A DNA stretch of 64,000 bases from an uncultured candidatus Porisulfidus sp. (lineage in GTDB: Bacteria; Pseudomonadota; Gammaproteobacteria; Poriferisulfidales; Oxydemutatoraceae), in the NCBI GenBank assembly GCA_965215125.1, contig OZ244052.1:1376001-1440000 (forward strand), read 5' to 3'. Position 1 is the first letter of the stretch, and every line of letters begins with the position of its first letter. The position numbers and the translations under genes are program-made. Below the pieces are notes generated by a model. It was not told the DNA's origin, did no database searches, and saw only the letters and a list, made by a program, of their open reading frames with translations. Positions 51,280 to 60,802 of the stretch are shown piece by piece.

Positions 51280-51443
51280 ACATACAGAAGTGTCCGCACG
51301 AACCTAACCGCTGTGCGCCACTAATTACCTAAACCACCGGTAGATAGTATGGATGACCAGCTTTGCTGAAAGTTGGTTAAACTTTCATTTTAGTTCCCCT
51401 CTTAAGAGGGGTTTAATTAACCACTAAACAAAGGAGGTCATCC

Positions 51444-52592
51444 ATGACTAGTATACTGTATGTTGGCATTGAAGTTGATGATAATCGTTTCACTGCCACA
51501 GCCATTTCTAAACACAATAATTATCATTCCATTAAAACTCGCCCGGACTTTGCATCATTGCATAAGGCAATCACCAAAATCGCTTTGCCGTATGAACAGA
51601 TTAGGGTCTGTTATGAAGCAAGCTATTTAGGCTTTTCGTTAAAGCGACAATTTGATGCGGTGGGCATTCACTGCGATGTGATTGCGCCGTCGCTGATCCC
51701 GGTGCGCCCCTCGGATCGCATCAAGACTGATCGGCTAGATAGCGTTAAGCTGGCTGAATACTACCGACAAGGTATGTTGAAAATCGTCCACGATATTGAT
51801 ACTGAGAGCGAAGGTCACCGACAACTCATTCGTGGACGCCAACAAGTGGTCAACACCTGCAAGATCTATAAACTGCAGATTTTGTCGTCGTGCCGTTATC
51901 GCGGGATTAGTTATCGCACCAGTATGCGGGCTAAGAGCTATTGGACGAAGCAACACATGGCATTCTTAAAGCGGTTGCTAGTCGACGACAGTTTAGATAA
52001 GTATTTCCGCCTCGATTTAGAGAACAAGCTGTATCTATTGGAGACGCAACAAGGGGTTATCAGACGCTATGAGAACGATATACATCAGTTAGCGATATCC
52101 GAGCCGTATCGTCGGGCGGTCGGCTATTTATGTTGTATCAGAGGCATTGCCGAGTTGATTGCCATGACGCTGATTGTTGAGATTGGCGACATCGGTCGGT
52201 TTGTCAAGGCGCGTCATCTGGCCGGTTATGCCGGTTTCAGTATCAGTGAGTATAGTTCCGGTGGCAAGAGTCGCAAAGGGGGTATTACCGGGATGGGCAA
52301 CAAATACATCCGCACGGTGTGCGTGGAAGCCTGCCAGTTGGCGGGTAGACGCTATAGCGTGAATAAGGCATTGCGTGCCCGACGCACCGACCAAGACCTA
52401 GTGGCTATAGAGATAGGCGACCGTTGCATGAAGCGTTTGTATAAGAAGTATCAGACGATGTATCATGCCAACAAACCATTCAACAAGATTAAGGTGGCGT
52501 GTGCCAGAGAACTACTCGGTTTTGTGTGGGAAGCCTTGCGTGCTGCCCAGGCCGCTGAAAACGCATTGCACGCCGCACCGGTGGTTGAGTAA
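51444..52592 (+). CDS. IS110-family recombinase/transposase
   Basis: CYEAS, IKTDRLDS, EYSSG, GITGMGN, KVACARELL; first motif reads GIEV. Confidence 0.9.
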   Translation: MTSILYVGIEVDDNRFTATAISKHNNYHSIKTRPDFASLHKAITKIALPYEQIRVCYEASYLGFSLKRQFDAVGIHCDVIAPSLIPVRPSDRIKTDRLDSVKLAEYYRQGMLKIVHDIDTESEGHRQLIRGRQQVVNTCKIYKLQILSSCRYRGISYRTSMRAKSYWTKQHMAFLKRLLVDDSLDKYFRLDLENKLYLLETQQGVIRRYENDIHQLAISEPYRRAVGYLCCIRGIAELIAMTLIVEIGDIGRFVKARHLAGYAGFSISEYSSGGKSRKGGITGMGNKYIRTVCVEACQLAGRRYSVNKALRARRTDQDLVAIEIGDRCMKRLYKKYQTMYHANKPFNKIKVACARELLGFVWEALRAAQAAENALHAAPVVE

Positions 52593-52749
52593 GCTCGTTA
52601 AGCAAGAGGCTGCCAGATAGAGTTCTGAGGGACCGAGGGAGTTGAAGCTAAAGTCAATGACAAGTTCCGAACTTAGATGATGCCTTATTAAAAGTCAAGT
52701 TATTTTATTCGTTTTTTATCTCCGTTTTATATTTTTTCTGAGTATCAAT

Positions 52750-53625
52750 TTAGGACGCAGATACGCAACAATAATTCAGGTCAAACGGTTTCTTGTGCTT
52801 GAGTATTCCGTAAATGATACGCGTCAGTTTATGGGCGCAAGCAACAATAACCTGCTTTTTGGTTAAATCCGGACGCGCCGGCTTAACTGGTCGGCAAACG
52901 CACGGATGATTGGGTTATGAACCCGTGCCGAGAGTGCCGCCATAAATAGGGCGGTGCGCAGGTGTGCATCGCCAATTTTAGAGATGTGCGCCTTCGCCTC
53001 GTAGTTGCCGGACTGCTTGAGCATCGGGGTGATGCCGATATAGGCGGCAAGTTGCTTTGGGTGCTGAAACGTATTATCATCAAAAGCTGCACATAGGGTG
53101 GCTGCGGTTTGAGTTCCGATTCCAGTAATGGAGCAGAGCAACTGGTGATGCTGTGTGAGTTGTTCGTCTTCAGCGATGATTTCGTAAAGTAAGGCGTCAC
53201 ACTCATGGATTTGCTGCTGGAGGTGTTCCAGTTCCGCAGCTGCCTTCTTTTTGAGTTGCATACTGCGCAGCGTTTTTGCACAGTTGCTTAACTGCGTATG
53301 GGACTTGGTTAATTGGCGACGCCATTTCAGTGTATCTCTCAAGGCGAATACCGCTTCGGTCGGCTTTTCCCAGTCTTGAATATCACCGACTGCAAATGCG
53401 AAGCGTGCGATGAGTTGCGCATCAACGCCATCGGTTTTATTGCGCATACCCAGCGTTTTGCGGTAGCTTGCGACCTGTACAGGTGGCGCAATCGTGATGG
53501 GATGTTGGTCATAGCTTTCCATGCATAGGTCTAGCTCAAAACCGCCGGTTGCCTCAACGCAGAGGCGACACTGTTGCGCACCATGCTCGGTAGCCCAAGA
53601 TAACAGCTGTTTAATGCCTTGTCCG
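52750..53625 (-). pseudogene. Second IS110-family transposase, N-terminally deleted and frameshifted
   Basis: VEATG, NKTDGVDA, QSG, ISKIG; C-terminus KKQVIVACAHKL..IYGILK in another frame near 52880. Confidence 0.85.
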
Positions 53626-53905
53626 TCCTGCAGCGTGTCTCCTCCGACTTCCTAGGCACTGCATCTACCTAAGCGTTTATCTTATATCAAATAAGCCGGG
53701 GTTTAATATATCTGTCTGCCCTTAAGTATCGTCCTGCACAGTCGTAACCGCTTGCGCCGTATGGTTTTGGTTTCCATAAATTAACTGATGTACGATTTTA
53801 TTTGTGCAAACGCAGCGCGTTTGAGTTCTGCATAATGTCACGCCGATTGACCTACTGGTTCAATCGGCGGCTCCATCTTGCCCCTACAGGCATCAATCAG
53901 CAATA

Positions 53906-54856
53906 CTACTCGGTGGTTCCGTTCTTTAGCTGTTTAATCTCGTCAGCAGATAAACCCGTGACTTCGGAAATCAACGAAACCTTCAGGCCTTTTTGCAACA
54001 TATTCAAAGCAATTTCGTGATCTCTTTTTACTTTACCTTCAGCCAACCCTTCAGCCTTGACTTCTTCCATGATCTCTTGCTTTCTCACATGGCGTTCCCA
54101 CTCTTGTCTTTCTAACAATATAGCGTTCCAATACTCCCTATTCTCTTTTGATACTTTCTCTAAATGTTTTAATGCCATCTTCGTCTCTCCATCTTGCGAT
54201 AAATGCTTTACTTGCTCAGCCGTCAATTCCGCCGAGTGCTTGATAATATAGCACCACCTATCCGTCATATCAACCAACTCAAAGTGGCTTTTATTGAACT
54301 TGTTCAATTCCACTATCACCAACCCAAAATCCTTAGTCAATTCCTTATGCCGATGCTTACGCAGAGTGATTGTGGTCTCGTTTATATAGTCCTCTTCATC
54401 AAACACCGTGAACCGGGTAAACACCAGTAAGTAGCTCGGATCAATCTGATCAAACTTTTGCCCACGCTTCATACCATAAGAGTGCAACTGCACCCAATAA
54501 GCCAACATTCTACTAAAGAGGTCCTTTTGAGAATAGCCTTGCATCTCTATGTCGATATTCTCACCGCTATTTAATTTGACATGGAGGTCTAGCACTACTT
54601 GTTTGCCACCCGGTGTGTTCGGTGGGATAGAGCTATCCTGCAGATGTAGCTTATCGCCCGATTGGCTTTGTTGATTTGCGGTTTTGGATACAAGGTTGAA
54701 TATGCCGGGATTGAATGTCATCATATCCGGCGCATTATCGGGGGTCGGCAGGAAGCTCTTAATCAACGAGGACAATACTTGCTTATTGCTTGAGAAGTAT
54801 CGCTTAAAGGAAATATCTTTTGTCAAGTCTAAGTATCCGAGATGTTTTTCATCCAT
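53906..54856 (-). CDS. Rpn family (PD-(D/E)XK nuclease/putative transposase), copy 1
   Basis: DISFKRYF, LDL, IDIEMQ, ELNKF, IALNML..I..VTGLS..EI. Confidence 0.88.
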   Translation of the reverse strand: MDEKHLGYLDLTKDISFKRYFSSNKQVLSSLIKSFLPTPDNAPDMMTFNPGIFNLVSKTANQQSQSGDKLHLQDSSIPPNTPGGKQVVLDLHVKLNSGENIDIEMQGYSQKDLFSRMLAYWVQLHSYGMKRGQKFDQIDPSYLLVFTRFTVFDEEDYINETTITLRKHRHKELTKDFGLVIVELNKFNKSHFELVDMTDRWCYIIKHSAELTAEQVKHLSQDGETKMALKHLEKVSKENREYWNAILLERQEWERHVRKQEIMEEVKAEGLAEGKVKRDHEIALNMLQKGLKVSLISEVTGLSADEIKQLKNGTTE

Positions 54857-55262
54857 AGTAAATCTTCTATAAATTGGGTGTAAAACATCTACCCTAAACT
54901 CGGTATTGAGTAGGGTGGGAAAAAAATGGATGAATGGTAGTAAATACAGGTTGAACGGTATATTAGAGGGTGATATTTCCTTGCGAAGGAGAGGAATATC
55001 CACCCTAAAGGTGCCTTAAGAATACTTTTTCAACAGCCCACGAAGTGTCTGCACTGATCAATTCCCCTCCTGTGGAGAGGTGGTCGCAAAAGTGTTTGCA
55101 CGATTATAGTGTTGGTCCATTCCTCTCCTTCGGAGGGGTGGCCTATGCATTTTGCAATGTATGCGTTTAGCAATCATGTTCAGGTTCTGCATAATGTCAC
55201 GCCGATTGACCTACTGGATCAATCGGCGGTTCTGTTCAGCCTGACGGGGTGGTCGCCGAAGT

Positions 55263-56494
55263 GGGACTGTTGAAAATAGAAAGGTCGATTGACTTACTGG
55301 TTCAATCGGCGGCTCCATCCTGCCCCTACAGGCATCAATCAGCAATACTACTCGGTGGTTCCGTTCTTTAGCTGTTTAATCTCGTCAGCAGATAAACCCG
55401 TGACTTCGGAAATCAACGAAACCTTCAGGCCTTTTTGTAACATGTTCAAAGCAATTTCGTGATCTCTTTTTACTTTACCTTCAGCCAACCCTTCAGCCAA
55501 CCCTTCTGCCTTGACTTCTTCCATGATCTCTTGCTTTCTCACATGGCGTTCCCACTCTCGTCTCTCTATGGATATAGCGTTCCAGGCATCTATATCCTCT
55601 TTTGATATTTCCTCTAAATGTTTTAATGCCATCTTCGTCTCTCCGTCTTGTGATAAATGCTTTACTTGCTCAGCCGTCAATTCCGCCGAGTGCTTGATAA
55701 TATAGCACCACCTATCCGTCATATCAACTAACTCAAGGTGGCTCTTGTTGAACTTGTTCAATTCCACTATCACCAACCCAAAATCCTTAGTCAATTCCTT
55801 ATGCCGATGCTTACGCAGAGTGATTGTGGTCTCGTTTATATAGTCCTCTTCATCAAACACCATGAACCGAGTAAACACCAGTAAGTAGCTCGGATTAATC
55901 TGACTAAACTTTTGTCCACGCTTCATACCATAAGAGTGCAACTGCACCCAATAAGCCAACATTCTACTAAAGAAGTCTTTTTGTGAATAGCCTTGCATCT
56001 CTATGTCGATATTCTCACCACTATGTAACTTGACATGGAGGTCTAGCACAACCTGTTTGCCACCCGGTGTGTTCGGTGGGATAGAACTATCCTGCAGATG
56101 TAGCATATCGCCCGATTGGTTTTGTTGATTTGCGGTTTCGGATGCAGGGTTGAGTATGCCGGGGTTGAGTATCATCATATCCGGCGCATTATCGGGGGTC
56201 GGCAGAAAGCTCTTAATCAATGAGAACAGTACCTGCTTATTGATCGAGAAGTATCGCTTAAAGGAAATATTTTTTGTCAAGTCTAAGTATCCGAGATGTT
56301 TTTCATTCATAGTAAATCTCCTATAAATTGGGTGTAAAACATCTACCCTAAACCCGGTATTGAGTAGGAGGAGAGACAAATGGATGAACGGTAGTAAATA
56401 CAGGTTGAACGGTATATTAGAAGGTGATATTCCCTCGCGAAGGGGGGGAATATCCACCCTAAAGGTGTCTTGAGAATACTTTTTCAACAGCCCA
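55263..56494. mobile_element. Module-D element carrying Rpn copy 2
   Basis: Ends GGGACTGTTGAAAA / TTTTCAACAGCCCA; direct repeat CGAAGT at 55257-55262 and 56495-56500. Confidence 0.72.
55348..56310 (-). CDS. Rpn family protein, copy 2
   Basis: Close paralog of copy 1; SD AGGAG before MNEKHL. Confidence 0.88.
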   Translation of the reverse strand: MNEKHLGYLDLTKNISFKRYFSINKQVLFSLIKSFLPTPDNAPDMMILNPGILNPASETANQQNQSGDMLHLQDSSIPPNTPGGKQVVLDLHVKLHSGENIDIEMQGYSQKDFFSRMLAYWVQLHSYGMKRGQKFSQINPSYLLVFTRFMVFDEEDYINETTITLRKHRHKELTKDFGLVIVELNKFNKSHLELVDMTDRWCYIIKHSAELTAEQVKHLSQDGETKMALKHLEEISKEDIDAWNAISIERREWERHVRKQEIMEEVKAEGLAEGLAEGKVKRDHEIALNMLQKGLKVSLISEVTGLSADEIKQLKNGTTE

Positions 56495-56660
56495 CGAAGT
56501 GTCTGCACTGATCAATTCCCCTCCTTCGGAGGGGTGGCCTATGCATTTTGCAATGCATGCGTTTAGCAGTCATGTTGAGATTCTGAACAAAGTCACGCCG
56601 ATTGACCTACTGGTTCAATCGGCGGCTCCATCCTGCCCCTACAGGCATCAATCAGCAATA

Positions 56661-57635
56661 CTACTCGGTGATTCCGTTCTTTAGCTCTTTAATCTCGTCA
56701 GCAGATAAACCTGTCAATTTTGAAATCTCAGAAACCTCATAATTCTCTTGCAACATATTCAAAGCAATTTCGTGATCTCTTTTTACTTTACCTTCAGCCA
56801 ACCCTTCAGCCAACCCTTCAGCCAACCCTTCTGCCTTGACTTCTTCCATGATCTCTTGCTTTCTCACATGGCGTTCCCACTCTCGTCTCTCTATGGATAT
56901 AGCGTTCCAGCAATCTATATCCTCTTTTGATATCTCCTCTAAATGTTTTAATGCCATCTTCGTCTCTCCGTCTTGTGATAAATGCTTTACTTGCTCAGCC
57001 GTCAATTCCGCCGAGTGCTTGATAATATAGCACCACCTATCCGTCATATCAACCAACTCAAGGTGGCTCTTGTTGAACTTGTTCAATTCTACTATCACCA
57101 ATCCAAAATCCTTAGTCAATTCTTTATGCCGATGCTTACGCAGAGTGATTGTGGTCTCGTTTATATAGTCCTCTTCATCAAACACCATGAACCGAGTAAA
57201 CACCAGTAAGTAGCTCGGATTAATCTGACTAAACTTTTGCCCACGCTTCATACCATAAGAGTGCAACTGCACCCAATAAGCCAACATTCTACTAAAGAAG
57301 TCCTTTTGAGAATAGCCTTGCATCTCTATGTCGATATTCTCACCGCTATTTAATTTGACATGGAGGTCTAGCACAACCTGTTTGCCACCCGGTGTGTTCG
57401 GTGGGATAGAACTATCCTGCAGATGTAGCATATCGCCCGATTGGTTTTGTTGATTTGCGGTTTCGGATGCAGGGTTGAATATGCCGGGGTTGAGTATCAT
57501 CATATCCGGCGCATTATCGGGGGTCGGCAGAAAGCTCTTAATCAATGAGAACAGTACCTGCTTATTGATCGAGAAGTATCGCTTAAAGGAAATATCTTTT
57601 GTCAAGTCTAAGTATCCGAGATGTTTTTCATTCAT
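56661..57635 (-). CDS. Rpn family protein, copy 3
   Basis: Close paralog with a distinct C-terminal tail. Confidence 0.88.
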   Translation of the reverse strand: MNEKHLGYLDLTKDISFKRYFSINKQVLFSLIKSFLPTPDNAPDMMILNPGIFNPASETANQQNQSGDMLHLQDSSIPPNTPGGKQVVLDLHVKLNSGENIDIEMQGYSQKDFFSRMLAYWVQLHSYGMKRGQKFSQINPSYLLVFTRFMVFDEEDYINETTITLRKHRHKELTKDFGLVIVELNKFNKSHLELVDMTDRWCYIIKHSAELTAEQVKHLSQDGETKMALKHLEEISKEDIDCWNAISIERREWERHVRKQEIMEEVKAEGLAEGLAEGLAEGKVKRDHEIALNMLQENYEVSEISKLTGLSADEIKELKNGITE

Positions 57636-58049
57636 AGTCAATCTCCTATAAATTGGGTGTAAAACATCTACCCTAAACCCGGTATTGAGTAGGGGGAGAG
57701 ACAAATGGATGAACGGTAGTAAATACATGTTGAACGGTATATTAGAAGGTGATATTCCCTCGCGAAGGAGGGGAATATCCACCCTAAAGGTGTCTTGAGA
57801 ATACTTTTTCAACAGCCCCCGAAGTGTCTGCACTGATCAATTCCCCTCCTTCGGAGGGGTGGCCTATGCATTTTGCAATGCATGCGTTTAGCAGTCATGT
57901 TGAGGTTCTGAACAAAGTCACGCCGATTGACTTACTGGCTCAATCGGCGGCTCTATTCAGCCTGACGGAGTGGTTGTTGCGTGGGACTGTTGAAAAAACA
58001 TCCACGAATCGTAGGGACAGGTACATTCCCCTCCTGTGGAGGGGTGGCA

Positions 58050-59858
58050 CCCTAATTCCGCAATAGACCACCTGCAAAAGTCCGTAATCTCTTATGTTGC
58101 AACACTCTCATGCATATTCCCAATTCACCCATTAGGTGAAACATAATTATTACTAATTTTTTACATAAAACTCTGTACAACGCCTTATTTTTTTGTTACT
58201 ATTTACCAATTAATAACTTCGGAGGTATTATGTCAAAACAAAAAAATCAGCACAATCAATCATCGTATACGCTAGCTACCACCCACCAGAAATTGACCTC
58301 TCGTTGTGGTTTGTTGGCATTGATTAAAGTGCTCAAAGCACTACAACTTAAGCCACAAGCAGACACTGTGTTTGCGGCACCGGGTAGCAATCGTGGCTAC
58401 CGCAATGGCGACATTCTAACGAGCTTCATCTTGATGCTCAACGAGGGTGCGAGATGCCTTGAGGATGTCTGCCATTTACACACCGAAAGGGTGTTGCTTA
58501 AGCTGGGAGGTATTAACAAGATACCGGGAGCAGACACTTTGGCGAGGTGGTTGAAACGCCATGGTCAAGCCGGTGCCGGTTTAGTTCACCAGCTCAATCG
58601 CACGGTGATTGCCAAGACCCTGAAGTTGTGGAAAGTAAAGCATGTGACTTTGGATATTGATGCGACTACTATTTTGACCGAGAAAGTCGGTGCTAAATGG
58701 ACGCGTTTTAAGGAGCGTGGTTTCATGCTAATGGTCGGCACGCTAGCTGAAGTGGGTCAAGTCATCGCCGTTGAGTTGCGCCACGGCAATGTCTCCCCGA
58801 ACTTTGATAATATCGGTTTCATCAAGACCTGCCAAGCACAGTTGCCGAGTGGCGTAATACTCAAGCGGGTGCGTATCGACTCGGCAGGGTATCAACAAGC
58901 AATCATTGAATATCTAGTAGCTCAAGGAATAGAGTTTGTTATTCGTGCGCCGATGTACCCGTCAATAGCGCAAGCGATTGCTGGTCTGTCGGAAGCAGAC
59001 TGGCGACCATTGCGATTAAGCGACGGCAGTTTATCACCCCACGACTATGTGGCTCGCTGCACTTATCAGATGTATCGCAGCAACCTCGTATTTACGCTAG
59101 TCATTCAACGCCGCCTCAAGAGCGAAGCCGCCCGACAGTCTAACCAACCGGAGTTGTCGGGACTGTCTGAACAGCTGCGCTATCAACCCGACAAGTATGA
59201 CTATCGTGTGATTGCGACTAACATCAACGGGCTAGACGATGCACAGATTGTACATGAGTATAATCAACGCGGTGAGCATTCCGAAAACCGCATTAAAGAA
59301 CTCAAATCGGATTTTGTTGCCGGTCGTTTGCCGTGTAGTGATTTTGCTGCCAATGCTCTGTATGTTTGTGTGTGTGCTTTAGCCTACAATGTGTTCGCAC
59401 TGATGCGTGCCGGCTTAGCTAAACAGTTTCGTTCCTCTAGAGCCCCGACGCTCAGGGTCCGCCTGTTTGGTTTAGCGGCGAAGATTGTACGACAGGGTCG
59501 GCAATGGAAGCTCAAACTACACGAAGTGCATCGTAGTTTATTGAGTGGAGTTTTCTCAGACCTTGATGAGACTATCGGCAAGCTATTGCCGGATATGCGA
59601 TACCCCTTGCTACATTAACTAGCCACCTTATCTCTTCATTACTCATAAGGCATCAATCAAAGTAGATGCCATGCCCCAGCATACCCTAATACTAGAGATT
59701 AGAGTACTTTGATGCTTCATTTAGCTCTCAATAGGAGTTTATCTCCCGTCACCGAGCAATGATGTGGCATTCAGTTTCGGGTTCAGGCGATTGCCCTGAT
59801 AATTTAGCAGTAAATTATCCATCACATGCAATTTTCATGCTCTATTGAGAAATTAGGG
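58050..59858 (+). mobile_element. IS1380-family element inserted in a module A repeat
   Basis: TIRs CCCTAATTCCGCAATAGA / TCTATTGAGAAATTAGGG; TSD TGGCA. Confidence 0.9.
58230..59618 (+). CDS. IS1380-family transposase
   Basis: TLDIDAT, RIDSAG, YNQRG..ENRIKELK, F.AN. Confidence 0.9.
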   Translation: MSKQKNQHNQSSYTLATTHQKLTSRCGLLALIKVLKALQLKPQADTVFAAPGSNRGYRNGDILTSFILMLNEGARCLEDVCHLHTERVLLKLGGINKIPGADTLARWLKRHGQAGAGLVHQLNRTVIAKTLKLWKVKHVTLDIDATTILTEKVGAKWTRFKERGFMLMVGTLAEVGQVIAVELRHGNVSPNFDNIGFIKTCQAQLPSGVILKRVRIDSAGYQQAIIEYLVAQGIEFVIRAPMYPSIAQAIAGLSEADWRPLRLSDGSLSPHDYVARCTYQMYRSNLVFTLVIQRRLKSEAARQSNQPELSGLSEQLRYQPDKYDYRVIATNINGLDDAQIVHEYNQRGEHSENRIKELKSDFVAGRLPCSDFAANALYVCVCALAYNVFALMRAGLAKQFRSSRAPTLRVRLFGLAAKIVRQGRQWKLKLHEVHRSLLSGVFSDLDETIGKLLPDMRYPLLH

Positions 59859-59930
59859 TGGCAGGCGCAGCCTGACGGGGTGGTTGTGTTGTATCTGTAC
59901 TATTTATTCATTTATCCAATTTAGTCGCCG

Positions 59931-60713
59931 CTACCCATTAATCTTTTCGTCAAAGAAATCCTTAATCCTTTCTTTATTCGCTGCCAAACTAGAAAACTGC
60001 CGGCCGCAAACATCCGTTAAACGAGCCAAAACTTTGCGGTTGATGGTTTCTTGATCCTCAAAAATTGCCATGCTAGAACAATCAAGGTTCCATTTTTCGT
60101 GTTGCAGAATAGTAATCGTTGTATCACGGCATTTGTCGTCGTTGCCTATGGCATATATGTGCAGAGGGTGAGACATGCCGTTGACCCTGCAATCTACTTT
60201 ATATTTTCCTTGAGGATCCTTTGCTTCCTCCTTATAATCAAATTGGGCTCTTTCTTTGGCAACCGATTCACTAATAAAAGATTTGAAATCCTCCATAAAT
60301 GTAGACCTCACTATCTCTCGGCTGAGATAAGAAACATCGATAATACTCATCAGACACTGAATGAAATTGTAGAGGGTGTTCCCTGCATTGGAAATTTCAT
60401 CAATCGTAGCAATAAGTTCCCCTTCTATTTCTTTAACACCATATTTTTCCAAAGAGTTTTCTATAATTTCATTACGGTTTCCGCTATCTAGAGAAGACAA
60501 GTCCATATAGTAGCTCATGTGCATATAGGTATGTCCCTCGTCCGTTATAATCCAGCTACCTGATTCATTTGTCTTTAATATAACAACAAAGTGATCTCCG
60601 TCGTCAAAATGAAAAGGGGTAGCTATTTGATAGTTGTTATCCCCATGTGGAAAAAGTTCAACCGACTCGGCGACGGATTCCTTGAAAGATTTCTGTATTG
60701 ATTCCGTATTCAT
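59931..60713 (-). CDS. DUF1828/DUF1829-like protein
   Basis: IATPF.F.DGD, ITDEGHT; nuclease-like C-terminal half. Confidence 0.7.
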   Translation of the reverse strand: MNTESIQKSFKESVAESVELFPHGDNNYQIATPFHFDDGDHFVVILKTNESGSWIITDEGHTYMHMSYYMDLSSLDSGNRNEIIENSLEKYGVKEIEGELIATIDEISNAGNTLYNFIQCLMSIIDVSYLSREIVRSTFMEDFKSFISESVAKERAQFDYKEEAKDPQGKYKVDCRVNGMSHPLHIYAIGNDDKCRDTTITILQHEKWNLDCSSMAIFEDQETINRKVLARLTDVCGRQFSSLAANKERIKDFFDEKING

Positions 60714-60802
60714 TAGAACATCTCCTGTTGTTCTTCAATTTCCCCCTCTATTTTACAATCTTCAAAAAGGCATTCAAAGCCCCCCTTAAGGGTGTTTCGC
60801 CA

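Noticed and set aside
54857-57833. Long N-terminal extensions of the Rpn ORFs
   Set aside because: They run through the D terminal repeat and a hairpin leader; SD-preceded ATGs at 54856, 56310 and 57635 fit better.
53800-58050. Integron cassette array with attC sites
   Set aside because: No integron integrase and no consistent RYYYAAC...GTTRRRY boundaries around the hairpins.
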